A DNA stretch of 64,000 nucleotides from Basidiobolus meristosporus CBS 931.73. Its lineage: Eukaryota; Fungi; Basidiobolomycota. The DNA is taken from NCBI GenBank assembly GCA_002104905.1, contig MCFE01000454.1, forward strand, positions 8,763 to 72,762, written 5' to 3'. How positions within the stretch are numbered: the first letter of the stretch is position 1; every line of letters starts with the position of its first letter. The translations under genes were made by a program, and so were the position numbers. The notes beneath the pieces are model-generated. The model was not told the origin of the DNA. It saw nothing but the letters and a program-made list of their open reading frames with translations, and did not search any database. Positions 13,021 through 25,351 of this stretch are shown piece after piece.

Positions 13021-13260
13021 TTTAGAAAGGTCCCAAGTACCATTGTGACAGTTTTGGAGTGATTGGAAGTGATTGGGAGAACAAGTGGATCATGTGGTTT
13101 TTCATGTCATTGTTTATTGAATGTAAAAGTAGCATTTACACTTTTACATGGGCTTGGGGAAAACAAACATATGGAACATACTTAGGAAGGTCCCAAGAAC
13201 ATGTGTGCAGAGTTTGGGGCTGTTTAACCACTTATCAAAAACTCATGTTTTATTTGTGAA
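13020..13260 (+). repeat. Dispersed non-coding repeat, also found at ~11700-11745 and 46345-47000
   Basis: Shares TTGGAAGTGATTGGGA(G/A)AACAAGT, TGAATGTAAAAGT, AAGGTCCCAAG and ATGTGTGCA.AGTTTGGGGCTGTTT with 46350-46530. Confidence 0.7.
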
Positions 13261-13396
13261 GGGGGCATTTTGAGAACCTACATCGACCATGAGCCAGGTC
13301 ACCAAGAGGAAAAACTATAATACAGGGAAAAGAACTGCGGGCGCAGGATGGTTCAGATGTAGCCCCCCCCCCTCTTCTTCGAATCATGTTGCATAG

Positions 13397-14284
13397 TCAC
13401 CACGCTGTGTAGCCACCATCGATGACGATGTCGGAACCGGTGCAGAAGGCACTGGCCTCCGAGGCGAGCCATATGGTGGCCCCGCATAGCTCATCCGGTG
13501 CTCCCAATCTACCTTGTGGGGTGCGCTGACACCACTCCTGGAAGAGGGTGCGGAAGGAGCGGTTCAGGGCCGTCTCCATGTAGCCGGGGGAGATGGCGTT
13601 GCATCGGATCCCATAGGCCGCCCACTCGGCGGCCAGCGACTTCATCAGGTGCTTCACCCCGGCCTTGGAGGCGTTATAGGCGCACTGGGGCTGGGGCCAA
13701 TTCACGATGGTGCCCGACATGGAGGCGATGAAGATGATGCTACCGCCTCGTTTCCGGGCGATCATGTGACGACCGCAGGCCTGCGACACGAGGAAGGATC
13801 CGTTGAGGTTGATGTCGACCACCCGACGGAATTTCTCCGCCGGGTACTCCTCGGCCTTCACCAGGTCGGCCACCCCGGCCGAGTTGACCAGGATGTCCAC
13901 CGAGCCGAAGTCCCGTACGACGGCGTCGATCACCTCGTTCACCGAGGTCTCGTTGGTGACGTCCACCTTGTAGAATTTCCCCTGCAGGGAGTAGAGGGAG
14001 CGAAGCTTGGTGACCGCCTCTTGGCCAACACTTTCCTGTAGGTCAAGTATGGCGACCGCCTTGAGGCCAACCGAGCAGAGCCCCTCCGCCATGCAGTACC
14101 CCAGGCCACCGGCCCCGCCGGTGATCACCGCGACCTTCCCGTCGCATCGGAACATGGACAGGTAATCCTTTGGAGTGGTGTGGGGAGGATAGCGGGCGTT
14201 GGATTCGGCCAACGCGGTGGCGACTTCTTCGGTGGTTGGTGGGGTGGGCACGACCGCGACGTGTTTGACTGCCTCGGGGTCCAT
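13397..14284 (-). CDS. Short-chain dehydrogenase/reductase (polyol dehydrogenase/sorbose reductase-like)
   Basis: Intronless 295-aa ORF with TGGAGGLG, LVNSAG, catalytic YNASK and the C-terminal IDGGY. Confidence 0.95.
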   Translation of the reverse strand: MDPEAVKHVAVVPTPPTTEEVATALAESNARYPPHTTPKDYLSMFRCDGKVAVITGGAGGLGYCMAEGLCSVGLKAVAILDLQESVGQEAVTKLRSLYSLQGKFYKVDVTNETSVNEVIDAVVRDFGSVDILVNSAGVADLVKAEEYPAEKFRRVVDINLNGSFLVSQACGRHMIARKRGGSIIFIASMSGTIVNWPQPQCAYNASKAGVKHLMKSLAAEWAAYGIRCNAISPGYMETALNRSFRTLFQEWCQRTPQGRLGAPDELCGATIWLASEASAFCTGSDIVIDGGYTAW

Positions 14285-14306
14285 TCGAAATAGACGTGTA
14301 ACGGTG

Positions 14307-14335
14307 AAGTGAAGGGAAGGGAAGGGAAGGGAATG
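14307..14335. repeat. (GAAGG)n microsatellite upstream of the SDR start
   Basis: gaagtgaagggaagggaagggaagggaat. Confidence 0.7.
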
Positions 14336-15562
14336 GAGTAGGGTGATGCGTGATGGGAACGAGAAAACTGTAGATCAAGTGGTGACAGCTGGCGGGTGCC
14401 CCCGGTATTTAAGCGAAAATCCTCAAGTGGGCAGGATCCCACCCCCCACTCGCCCCCCTCCGCTGTTGACGGTGTGATCGGTGACCTGAACATGAAGCAA
14501 CGACCTCGGCGATGGGGACCTGTGAACGTAAGCGGGTGGACCTTTTCGGTAAGCCGTCGACCACCCAGTGGCGACGAGGCGAACGTGGGTTTGCTGGATT
14601 GGGAGGTCGATCGTTTGAGGGACTTGAGAGCCTCCGCTGGATCTTGGCGATTCCGAGATCTCCATCAAAGCGGCGGCTCCAGCACAGCGACCAGAGGAGC
14701 CATGAAACCTGGTGAATGGTGGCATACCGGCCCCATGCCAATCTCGAACCTCGCTGGGAGCCTCGGGCAAATCAGCTCCCCACCCCTCTTCCCTTACCAG
14801 CTCGAACATGGATTATGTAACCGAGGTTCCGGATGACGTGGTCCGTCCTTCACACCAGCCCACTTCCCAGTGGCTCTCAGGTGAGTAGTGATCTGTCGGC
14901 TCGGTGATCTATGAGCGATGCGTGTGGCTTGTTTCATCCGCCTTGGGGAGGCTTGGCAGCATTCCGCCCCGTTATTGCCACGGCGGTAGCGTCATACATG
15001 ACTGTACCGGTCGAGCTCATCGAGGTGCATCGTTCTTGATCCGACAAGACCAACCATCACTCCGTCCTAGCCCAACACCCCCTCACTCCCGCCTACGCAC
15101 CGTTTTCGGGCCAAGGCAGCCTCGTTCCAGCGTAGAAAGAGGTCATACCTTTGCAAGGCCGCTTTCCGAACGGAAAGGCTCGGCTGGTGTACCGACAGGA
15201 ACCGCGAGGCCACACATCAGGTGGATTTGGGCATTCATCACGGATGGCTAGGCAAATATGGATGTTGGCCCACGGACCAGACAATGCCTGCACGTATCAT
15301 CATTCACCCAGTCAAAATGGCCATCGATTGGCCTGTGTTACGTAAGGAGCCAACGGGCCGATTCAATCCCCACAAGCAACAGCCAACAACATGGGTGGTT
15401 GGAGCAGGGTAAGGCATGGCAAGGCAGTCCTGCCTTCCGGAGGAACACAAGGGAGGGGAATCAGCAGGAGACGAAATGGGTTCGACACGTAGACTTTATT
15501 AATTTCTACTACATGCCCACATGTATGTTACATCAATTTAATATATCCCACACATACGGGAA

Positions 15563-18500
15563 CTAATCCTTTAATGACAAGAAGTTTTGGATGCTGTTGG
15601 AGAGGGCCTCGATCTCCGCCTGGTACCCCTTGATCTTGGAGTCGTTCATCTCCCGCACATCACTGCGCACCTTGCTCTCGTAGTCGGGGATCTCGGTCTT
15701 CTTGAGCAGGGAAGTCAGACTCACCTGCACCTTGTCCAACTTCTTGTTCAACTTCCCGACCTCCGCTTCGATGTCCACCTGTCCCTTGACCATCAGCAAC
15801 ACGTTGATGTCCTCGGTGACGGTGGAGGTGGCGCAACCGGCGGGGGCGGCCTCGGACTTGCCCAACACGTTGGCCTGCTTGCATCCCTTGGTGAGGGTGA
15901 CGATGGAGCTGGCCTCCTTGGCGAGTAACTCTCTCACCTCGTCTTGCCCGATGGAGATGTAGATCTGGGCATTCGAGGAGATGTTGTACTCGACGATCAA
16001 GGAACGGGCGGCCTTCACGATGGCGAACACGTTGTCGAAGTCTCTCTCGGCCTTCTCGTTGTCGTAGGATGGCTCCTCCACAGGGTAGCTGGCCTTGGAG
16101 ATGGTGGGGATGGTGTCGTTCTCACGACGAGGCAATCTCTGGTACAGCTCCTCGGTGACGAAGGGCATGAAGGGATGGAGAAGCTTCAACCCGGCCTCCA
16201 AACAGGTGTACAAGGTGTCCTTGGCGGAGCGTTGCTGGCTGGCGTTCTCGGGGGAGGAGTCGTCGGTGATGGGCTTGATCACCTCCACGAAGATGTCGCA
16301 AAGCTCGTACAACCAGAAGCTGTACACCGCCGAGGTGGCAGCCATGAAGTTCTTCTCAGTCAAGGCGGCATTGACGGCGGTGGCGGCCTTGTTCAATTTG
16401 TGGAGGATCCAGAGTTCCGCGAGGGACTCTTGTCCGGTGAGCTTGGCATCGGCTCTGGGCTTGAAATCCTCCCCGAGCTTCATCAGGGCGAATCGGGTGA
16501 CGTTCCAGAGCTTGTTACAGAACTTACGGTATCCCTCCACTCTAAGGATGTCCAAATTGATGTCACGTCCGGTGGAGGTGTAGGCGCAGAGGGCGAATCT
16601 CAGCGCATCGGTTCCGCACTCGGGGATTCCGTTGGGGAAATCTGCCTTCTGGCCAGCCTTGGCCTTGACGGCCTCTCTGGGGTCAAGGTTGCCTTGGTCA
16701 AGCTTGTGGTGGAGGGCCTCGAGGGTGATACCCTCGATCACATCGATGGGGTCGATCACGTTACCCAAACTCTTACTCATCTTACGACCGTGGGCATCAC
16801 GGATCATGGCGTGACAGAAGACTTGCTTGAAGGGAACCTCGCCGGTAAGCTTGATACCCAACATGACCATACGAGCGACCCAGAAGAAAAGAATATCCCA
16901 ACCGGTCTCGAGGAGGGTGGCGGGGTAGAAGCTGTCGAAGTCAAGGGTCTTCTTGGGCCAGCCCATGATGGAGAATGGCCACAATCCAGAGGAGAACCAG
17001 GTGTCTAACACATCGGGATCTTGCTCCAAAGTGAACTGCTTTCCGGCGAATTTGGTGTTGGCCTTAGCTTGGGCTTCCTCCAAAGTGCGGCCAGACACCC
17101 AGTAGTTTCCGTCGTTGGCGTCGTGGGTTTCTCCCTCGATCTTGACGAAGTAGGCAGGGACTCTGTGACCCCACCACAACTGGCGAGAGATACACCAGTC
17201 TTGGATGTTCTCGAGCCAACGGAACCATTCCTTCTCGGAGGCCTTGGGCTGAATTTCCAACTCACCGTCGACAACAGCCTTCATGGCGGCATCAGCCATC
17301 TCCTTGCAGCGGACATACCACTGAGGCTTCATCAAGGGCTCGATAATATCACCAGATCTGGTACAGATGGGGACGGACATTGGGTTGTCGCGGGTCTCCA
17401 CGTAAAGACCCTTCTCTTTAAGAGCAGCGAGCACAGCCTCACGAGCATCGAAACGCTTGAGTCCCTCGAAAGGAGCAGCGTGGGCGTTGAGGGTACCGTC
17501 GTCGTTCAAGATGTTGATGAACTCAAGGTTGTGACGCTTTCCGACTTCGTAATCGTTGAAATCGTGGGCGGGGGTAATCTTGACCGCACCAGTACCGAAA
17601 GCCATGTCCACAATGATGTCGTCGCAAACGATGGGGATTCTACGTCCGTTGAAAGGATGGATCACATACTTGCCGTGGAGATGCTTGTAGCGCTCATCCT
17701 TGGGATGGACGGCGACAGCGGTATCACCGAGCATGGTTTCAATACGGGTGGTGGCAACGATGATCTTCTCATCGGAGTTCTCGACCTGGTAAATGAACGA
17801 GATCAACACACCGAATTCGTACTTCTTGTTGGAGTCATATCCAGGGATGGACAAGAGGGTGCGTCCGGGGAGCTCCTTGTTCTCGACCTCCAAGTTGGAC
17901 AAGGCAGTGTTCAACTTCACCGACCAGTTGACGAGGCGGGTGGCGCGATAGATGACTCCTTCTTCGTGCAACTTCACGAAGGTCTCGGTCACGGCGTCAC
18001 TGAGATCGGGATCGAGAGTGAACTTGGCGCGATCCCAGTCGTAGGAACCGCCGAGGCGTCTCAACTGGCGATAGATGTGATCGCCATACTGATGCTTCCA
18101 TTCCCACACCTTCTCGACGAACTTCTCACGGCCAAGGTCGTGTCTGGTTTGTTGGCTGGTCTTCCAGAGTTGCTTCTCGACGACAGCCTGAGTAGCGATA
18201 CCAGCGTGATCACAGCCAGGGTTGTATAGGGTGGTCTTGCCAGACATACGATTCCATCTCACAAGGGTATCTTGAATGGTCACGGTAAGAGCGTGTCCAA
18301 TGTGAAGGGAACCGGTGACGTTTGGTGGGGGAGCAGGAATGACATAGGCTCCGGCGGGTTTGACCTTGCCATCGGGGCCGAATTCGGGCTTGAAATGGCC
18401 CTCCTTCTCCCACCATTCGTACCAAGCAGACTCGACAGCCTTAGGATTGTAGGCAGCAGCAAGAGGAGCGCTGAGATCTTTCTTCTCACCCTTGGGGGTG

Positions 18501-18742
18501 GTGTTGACGAACACCTCCTCCTTAGGAGCAGCAGCCTTCTCCTTGGGCTCCTTCTTCTTCTTCTCGGCTTGTTTTCCGGACGCGGCTTTCTTTGCCTCTA
18601 AGGCGGCCTGCTTGGCGAGGAATTTCTCCATCTTGGCCTTACGCTTGGCCTCGTTTTTCTCGGCATTTTTGGATTTGGCCTCAGCCTCGGCGGCAGTCTG
18701 TTGCTGCTGCTGTTGCTGTTGCTCTAGCTCTTTATTCTCCAT
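15563..18742 (-). CDS. VAS1: Valyl-tRNA synthetase (eukaryotic type, 1059 aa, intronless)
   Basis: Class I motifs PPPNVTGSLHIGH and KMSKS, plus DWCISRQLWWGHR and DPDVLDTWFSS. Has a C-terminal coiled coil and an N-terminal poly-Q tract. Confidence 0.99.
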   Translation of the reverse strand: MENKELEQQQQQQQQTAAEAEAKSKNAEKNEAKRKAKMEKFLAKQAALEAKKAASGKQAEKKKKEPKEKAAAPKEEVFVNTTPKGEKKDLSAPLAAAYNPKAVESAWYEWWEKEGHFKPEFGPDGKVKPAGAYVIPAPPPNVTGSLHIGHALTVTIQDTLVRWNRMSGKTTLYNPGCDHAGIATQAVVEKQLWKTSQQTRHDLGREKFVEKVWEWKHQYGDHIYRQLRRLGGSYDWDRAKFTLDPDLSDAVTETFVKLHEEGVIYRATRLVNWSVKLNTALSNLEVENKELPGRTLLSIPGYDSNKKYEFGVLISFIYQVENSDEKIIVATTRIETMLGDTAVAVHPKDERYKHLHGKYVIHPFNGRRIPIVCDDIIVDMAFGTGAVKITPAHDFNDYEVGKRHNLEFINILNDDGTLNAHAAPFEGLKRFDAREAVLAALKEKGLYVETRDNPMSVPICTRSGDIIEPLMKPQWYVRCKEMADAAMKAVVDGELEIQPKASEKEWFRWLENIQDWCISRQLWWGHRVPAYFVKIEGETHDANDGNYWVSGRTLEEAQAKANTKFAGKQFTLEQDPDVLDTWFSSGLWPFSIMGWPKKTLDFDSFYPATLLETGWDILFFWVARMVMLGIKLTGEVPFKQVFCHAMIRDAHGRKMSKSLGNVIDPIDVIEGITLEALHHKLDQGNLDPREAVKAKAGQKADFPNGIPECGTDALRFALCAYTSTGRDINLDILRVEGYRKFCNKLWNVTRFALMKLGEDFKPRADAKLTGQESLAELWILHKLNKAATAVNAALTEKNFMAATSAVYSFWLYELCDIFVEVIKPITDDSSPENASQQRSAKDTLYTCLEAGLKLLHPFMPFVTEELYQRLPRRENDTIPTISKASYPVEEPSYDNEKAERDFDNVFAIVKAARSLIVEYNISSNAQIYISIGQDEVRELLAKEASSIVTLTKGCKQANVLGKSEAAPAGCATSTVTEDINVLLMVKGQVDIEAEVGKLNKKLDKVQVSLTSLLKKTEIPDYESKVRSDVREMNDSKIKGYQAEIEALSNSIQNFLSLKD

Positions 18743-19078
18743 CTTTGCAAGAATTCAAAATTCCTTAGGGCGAGAGTGGTCGCGCTAGGTGGTTTTAAGT
18801 GCGTGTGAAAATCCAGAAAAAAAAAACACCCTTTAAGTTCAATGTGATTCGTAACTGATTTGATGATTGAATGTATTATCCGAGATCAACTAGGTTTATG
18901 CTTATCCCGAATCAATGCATGCTAGACTTAGTAACTATGACTCCATGTACAGACAGTATTGGTGATCCGCAAGACCACTGGAATTCCCACTCATACTGGT
19001 ATTTGAGTCAAAAAACATACGGGGACTAGATGATGTTTGGTTCGTCTCTATATTACAATTATAAACTCTAAAGAAGGT

Positions 19079-20098
19079 TCAGTTCCTTGATTTGGATGGG
19101 TTTCTAACATATTCCTCCAGCTCAGCGGCTGTAAGCGGCAACTCGGTTGGAAGTTTTTTGCGGTAAAGATCTAATACAAGCGCCGCAATGTGCTCCATAT
19201 CCTCCAGAGTGGTATCAAACACCTCCCACCAGGGTGGGGAGAGGGGAAGCTTGACGGCACAGGTGCGTGCGGCCAGGAAAACCATGGAGCACGCAATGGT
19301 GGGAGGCTGATAGCACACATAGATGTTGGTTCTCAGACTATCATTCAGATAATTCCAGGCCATTTGGGGGACTTCGGGGTGATTGGTCAACTCCAGCGAA
19401 CGTATATAATTTATGAGCATCCCGTAGGGGAGTTGAACTTGCACGTTAAAAGCGAGCTTGGTCAGGATCAGCATTTCAGCCTGCAATAGCCCTTTCTTCA
19501 TGACATAGAACTCCTAAATACAGGACTCGAAGTTAGTGTTGTCGCTAGGTTAGGGGCAGGTGAACTTGGGTGCATACGTTAGAATAGGCCTCCATCGGCT
19601 TGGTGTCCAACTTCCGGAATCTCTTGCTTAGATAGTGGAAAACGTTGATAATATCTTTGATCTTACGGGGGGATTCTTCCACCTTTGAAGCCAGGAATAG
19701 GGCGCCCATTGCAAGATCCTTGTGATTGAGGGGTACTTTAGTACATACTTCAGGTGTTGAATAGAAAATGCACCTACCTGTACTCCGGTATCTTTCAGCG
19801 AGGTGCGATAAAAGTATCTGTAGATCAACACTTGAGCAGTGGCCATGGTTACTTGTGGTCTGCAGATTTAACATTAAGGAAAATGAACAATTCTACGGTG
19901 TCAACGAAATAAGAACATCCCTAGGATGGAGCATTTAAAAGGGATACAGTTTAAGAAGGACGCCAGCAGATTGGGCAAATTCACACGCCAAATGACAGAG
20001 ATCGCGTCCCAGTTCAGCGCTGATTCCATCCGCCAAAGAAGGGGTTGGGCAAGGTATTTGTATTCAACCACGGCATTCTTCAGAGAGAGTTTCGACAT
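19079..20098 (-). CDS. CCNL: Cyclin L-like protein, 4 exons, with an apparent 1-nt deletion near 20045
   Basis: Spliced translation MSKLSLKNA..TPSLADGISAELGRDL..QSAGVLLKLPQVTMATAQVL.YRYFY..FLASKVEESPRKIKDIINVF..AEMLILTKLAFNVQVQLP, with three GT-AG introns. Confidence 0.9.
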
Positions 20099-20361
20099 GA
20101 TCTAACGATTGGGGATTGCCACGAACACGCTTGAACGTATATAGCACACGCTGAACAATCAATCGATTCTTTCTAGAGCTCAATTGAAATTGGGAAAATT
20201 TGTAAGGGAATTGGGCCCATATAAGATACACATTTTGCCACCAGATCCAACGTCATGCCCGAGCCAATGACTCGATTCTCCGATATGCGTGGTCGCTCAT
20301 ATTAAGACCCTATTAAATCATTTCATTGCAAGCCGACTATTGATAGCAGCAAGCTACCAAC

Positions 20362-21224
20362 ATGCTTCCACAGAATCTCAACCTCAAAACCAATCGAATC
20401 TCACTTTCGGTGTCTCAAGACCTTCGCTTTGGTCGTAAATCGAACAGCATTGACCGTAGCCTCTCGAAGACCAAAAACACCGAGGTGATTTAGTTTCCAC
20501 CCATTTCTTTCGTTGACCCCTATGTTTTGTGGGGAATGTCTTCATCGAAGGTTCATCTTGTCAACGGCGACTTACGAAGTTTATTTCAACCCCGCACGTT
20601 AGGTCAGTCTTAGCGCGTTCTCGTTTCTCTTTTCGGAGATCCTGCAATACTCACAGAACAGAGTGCATGGTATCCAAGATTTGGAAAAACTGTAAGTGGC
20701 CTAGGGTCTTGCGAGCGAGCTTTCGTAGTAATCCTCTCTAGTTTGAATGAGTTCGGGTACCGTGTAGGCATTCGCACCCTGGAGTTATTCATGTGGAGAG
20801 AGAAGAATATACGCAGAGAGACTCGAGTGTTGGGCATCCTGTATTTCATCAACACTGTTGTTTGGAAGACACTGTTCGGCAAGCAGGCCGATTCCCTAGA
20901 GAAGAGCACAGAAAACGAGGACGAATGTACGTATCATTCTTGTGCAACGCGTGTATTGGCAATGATTTGACTCGGTTGGCATTCACAGACATGATTTCTG
21001 ATAACGAGCCAGTGGTAAACAAGTTCATCTCAATTCCCAAAGAGCTTTCCCAGCTGAATTGTGGAGCATTCATTGCTGGCATTGTCGAGGCGATATTAGA
21101 CGGGTGCCAGTTCCCATCCAGAGTTACCGCTCACTCGGTTCCCCTCGAGGGACAGCCGCTGAGAACAACCATCCTCATCAAGTTCGACAAGAACGTTTTA
21201 CTAAGAGAGGAGCAGATGAAATGA
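20362..21224 (+). CDS. TRS31: TRAPP complex subunit Trs31/TRAPPC5, 4 exons
   Basis: Spliced [79 protein letters not shown]. Confidence 0.93.
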
Positions 21225-21362
21225 CGACCGCCATATAAATACTTCATATTCATTTGTAATTCATTTATCTAGTCATTAGGATTAGTGTTGACTACTTCGT
21301 CACAAACTCGTTGATCATTAGTACTATTGTTGGTCACTTCATTGATCAGTGGAATAAATCTA

Positions 21363-24300
21363 TCATTGCTCATTGTCGAAAATGGGGGAAGCTACGCCGG
21401 CCTTCATCTCTGCCTCCTTTTGCTTGGCAAGATCGATTTGGTCCTGCAGATACTGCAAGGCACGGTCTAGCGCCAAGTGGTGGGTCAGGTCTCTGTTGTC
21501 GTGGAGAAGGGTTAGTGCCCGGTCAAGGAACCCCGGCTATCAACAGGCCATACCTTCTGGGGCTAACGGAGATGGTGTGTCGGTCGTCCATCTGGAGGTC
21601 CATGATATTTGAATGATGCGCGCCGGGGCTGAATCCAACACGTAGAGAGTATTCTTTGCTTCCATCCGACTCACGGTTGCATTCGTACAGCTCGAAGGTG
21701 ATTTGAGTAAGATCTGTCGAGACAAACGGTTAGTGCTGCCTTCACCTGGGGGCGCCATTGCCACTTACAGTCAAGCTCCTCTAGATCGGCTCTAGTTAAT
21801 TTGGTAGGAAGCCCGCTTCCAAATACGACGTTCAGCATGGTATGCAACTGGGATTCTGATGGAACAATTAGTCGGCGTCGCGTGAGCAATAGGCATCGGC
21901 GTAACTAACCCTTTGTGAAGTAGAATCGAGCACTTGGGCTGGTTCCTGAGCGGATATCCTCCAGGTCGCTCACGATCTGGTTCAGCAAGGGGATGGAGGT
22001 AAGGCTGCCGATTTCCATCTTTTCATCGGGGGTAATCCCGAATTCCTGTGGGGCCACAATATCAAACAGAATCTTCGCGCGACGATACAGCTCTCGAATC
22101 TGGCCAATCTGGCCGTGCTCTTCCGGCCGCACAAATATCACCTCGAGAAACTCGCGGTTGTGCAAAGCGTCGTACTTGAGCGAGTCGTAGAGCTCGGATA
22201 CTTTGCTTGGGTTGAAGTTCTCGTAGCCTGGATCACAGATATCGTGGAAGATCTTTTCCCAGCGCTCCTTGAACAGCCCTGGGGTTTCCGAGCAGCACCA
22301 GGTTCTCTGGATGTGCTCCACATCCATGCTGGCGAAGTTGGCATGCATTGTAGCCCTGAATGTCGAAAGTAAATCCACCGTCTCCTTCAAAAACTCCGCG
22401 AGATTCTCGATCTTCTTGGGGATGGTGATCAGCTCGGGAATTTCCTCTCGGGTGGTGGCCTTCATGATCTCCTTGAGCTGCTTCTTGGCCTGTTCGATGG
22501 GCTCTTTGGCCGCATCACTGTCGTCCAGCATGTCCCCTCGGATCTGGACAAAGTCTTTCTCTAGCTGAGGAGTATCTAAGAACGTCCTGCCAAATACTTC
22601 GGCTGAGCCATACGAAGAAAGTTAGTGACATGGGACGTAACGCCAGTTTGGGTGGATGCCGTGGAAACTAACCAGTTGCCACAACTCTCCGCTCAGAGCT
22701 GGAGTAAATACGAACGTCGTCGAAGAGCTTTTTGTTCAGAATAGCAAGATCGTTTCTCATGTTCTCAGCAACCTCTTTGGTGTGATGCAGCCCAGCATGA
22801 GTAAACTGACAACAGACAGTCAGCAGTCAGTATGACGAGGCGACATGAAGCAAGACGAAGCAACTTACCTCTCCGCCCCACTTGACCACGAGAACTAGCT
22901 TCTCAAAGTGGCCGGTTTTTTTGTTAAACGACGGCTTGATTTGCACTTTTGTGCCGGTCAGGCTGGACTTGTTTTCCAAGATCAATTTCAGCTGCTCCAA
23001 CTTCACGCGGTCATCCGCACCGAGCTCCAAAGCCTCATCGGCAGCGCGGATAACTCCGATCAGATCCTTCTCTTTGTTGAGGATGATTTTCTTGGTGGAG
23101 CCGTTCAACAGTTGGATGAACGGTTGGCTGGTGAAGCTGAATTTGACTTTTTGCTTGGGTGTTCTGTCCCCGTGTCGGAACACCGAAAGGAACCCTTTGA
23201 GCGTCCAGGCGTTTTCGTTGTTGGGCCCTCTGCTAAGGAAATGAGAGAACCATCTTTTCTTGGCAGCGTTCAGAAACATGCGGCGTAAGATCTGCGCGCA
23301 CATGTCATAGTAGTTGTCGTTCCCTTTGACGAAGGACCACCCGTTGACATCGATGACGTATGATTTGCCATCAGTACGAAGCAAGTCTATCCCGCAGATA
23401 TTTTGTCCGAACGCGATGCACACACGTTTGACCATCTCCTTCTCTTCGGGCGAAAGGTTGGTAACATATCGTACCTCTTTGCCATCAGCATTACGGCGAA
23501 CGATTCCATCTACAACAGGAGATCTACGAAGGGGCTTAGAATCCGAGAAAAGCGATGAGTTATGGGTGGAATGGTTACTTTCTGGTCTCTGCGTGCGCGT
23601 AGCCTGGACCAATGGTATAAACCTTGAACATCCTCCGAGTTGACCACGTCCACAAATTCCTGTAGCCGGGAGGACACTCAGTATCCGTTGGAGAACTCAG
23701 CAATGCGGGGTTTCTTACCTCGTACACAAAAGAACCATCCTTTCTGATGTCTCCTAGTTCTGGACAGTACTCGCTGGACTTATTGCCAACCTAGACAACA
23801 TGTGAGCTGCGTGGACATGGACAGGTGCACCCCTCTAGACTCACTCTACCTTTCTGAAAAGACACCTGACACCCCCGCCTTGCTCTTCCGAGTAATAGAT
23901 ATTGATGTTGTGATCCTCTCCATCTGCAGGCTTCTCGACAAACGGCTTGACCATCTGCTCGCCCATGATTTCAATCACATCACTGGAAAGAACGTTCACC
24001 TCAGTTTCCGGAAGAGTCTCATTCAACTTCAGCCCAATGTGTCTGTATACTTTGTCCGCCACCTCGTCTGGTACCTTTGGTCCCCCGTCACGGTTAATGA
24101 TCAGTCGACGCGGAGTGGGGACCCCGACCGCATCCAGAATGGAGAGTACCAGGCGTCGATCGAAGAGTACGTGCTGCATGGGAAGGTCGTTCACGCAGAA
24201 AGGCTTCCTCAGCTTCACGTATTCCACCGCCTTTTCCAACGGGAACCCGGTGGAGAAGAAGGAGATAAGGAAATCACAATAGGGCCAGTTTTGCACGTCT

Positions 24301-24614
24301 AAAGGCAACGAGAGAGAACAGGGATGGTTAATCAACGGCCACCAGAACGAACCTCGGATAGGCTACCTTCATCCAGGATTACTTTGTCCCCGAATATCAC
24401 CGTCTCGAAGTCTCCATATGCCAAGAGTCGGTTGAGGATGTTACGCATGGGCTTCGACCGTGTCTTGGTATCCAAGGCACATATTCCAACGACCACTAAA
24501 GGCAAACTTAGTTCAGCTTCGAAGGAAACCAGCAACCATTGGGAAATACTCACGCTTTCTACTGGGCGCAGAAAACTGGAAAAAATGCGGGGAGGAGCTG
24601 AATAAACTGGACAT
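21363..24614 (-). CDS. VIP1: Inositol hexakisphosphate/diphosphoinositol-pentakisphosphate kinase (PPIP5K), multi-exon, with an apparent 1-nt insertion near 23627
   Basis: ATP-grasp kinase motifs [46 protein letters not shown] and [11 protein letters not shown]. Histidine acid phosphatase motif [10 protein letters not shown] and [12 protein letters not shown]. Confidence 0.95.
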
Positions 24615-25351
24615 GTGGTGAAGCTACTAGCAAGAAAGCCGGAACTGAATCAAGCATCTCTAGTGAATGGAAAAAAATGGGAAATCCGGTTGATCCGACT
24701 ACACCGCACCGGGCCTGTCGAACAACAATACGATTGATTCCATTTATTTATGAGGATCTCGAAATCGCTCGAGCGAGCACCGCCATCATGGATGAAGCAA
24801 GGCCTATATAACAGATCAGTCAATCCCAACCATCCAGATTGGAGCAATCGGCCGTTTCCTGCAACTTAAATTTCATTTTTAGGATCGGCATGCGCAAAAA
24901 AAGTCACAACCGGCAAATGCCAAGATTGGCAGTGAGGTCCAAAGAGAAAGGTCAAGTGGGAAGGAAGCCTGATCACTGGTGAACCCATGTTTCTTAGATG
25001 AAGATGATTGTGATGTTTATTGAATGTCACTGGATATCAAGAAATGCTGCCAACTGCAGAAAAACCAAAAATGATGTGGCTAGCAGAGATAAGGGCGGAA
25101 CCAACGTATTCTCGTAGTGATAAGTCTAGCTTCAATATTATGTGCTTGGAGGTGGGCGGGTGTTGCTCGCAAGAGCTGGGTATTGGTGCTATAAACGCTC
25201 GCTTGGGATCAATGTGGCCTGGTGATCGCAATCTGAAGGGTTAGCGAAGTTGTCTGGTTTGTCGGGATATTCCAGATTTGTTTCCGAGAAACCCGATGTT
25301 ATCTTGTACGATGTCTGCACAATAGAGGGTTTTGCTTCATAGTTGTGGCTG

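Noticed and set aside
14396-15350. Several ORFs in the GC-rich region between the SDR and ValRS
   Set aside because: They overlap in several frames on both strands, have low-complexity translations and show no motifs. The region is more simply read as the SDR promoter.
15587-18601. Long + strand ORFs (e.g. 15944-17008, 17021-18229) antisense to the valyl-tRNA synthetase, and similar ones over the SDR and Cu-ATPase
   Set aside because: These are shadow ORFs expected from GC-rich codon usage on the opposite strand; they have no recognisable motifs.
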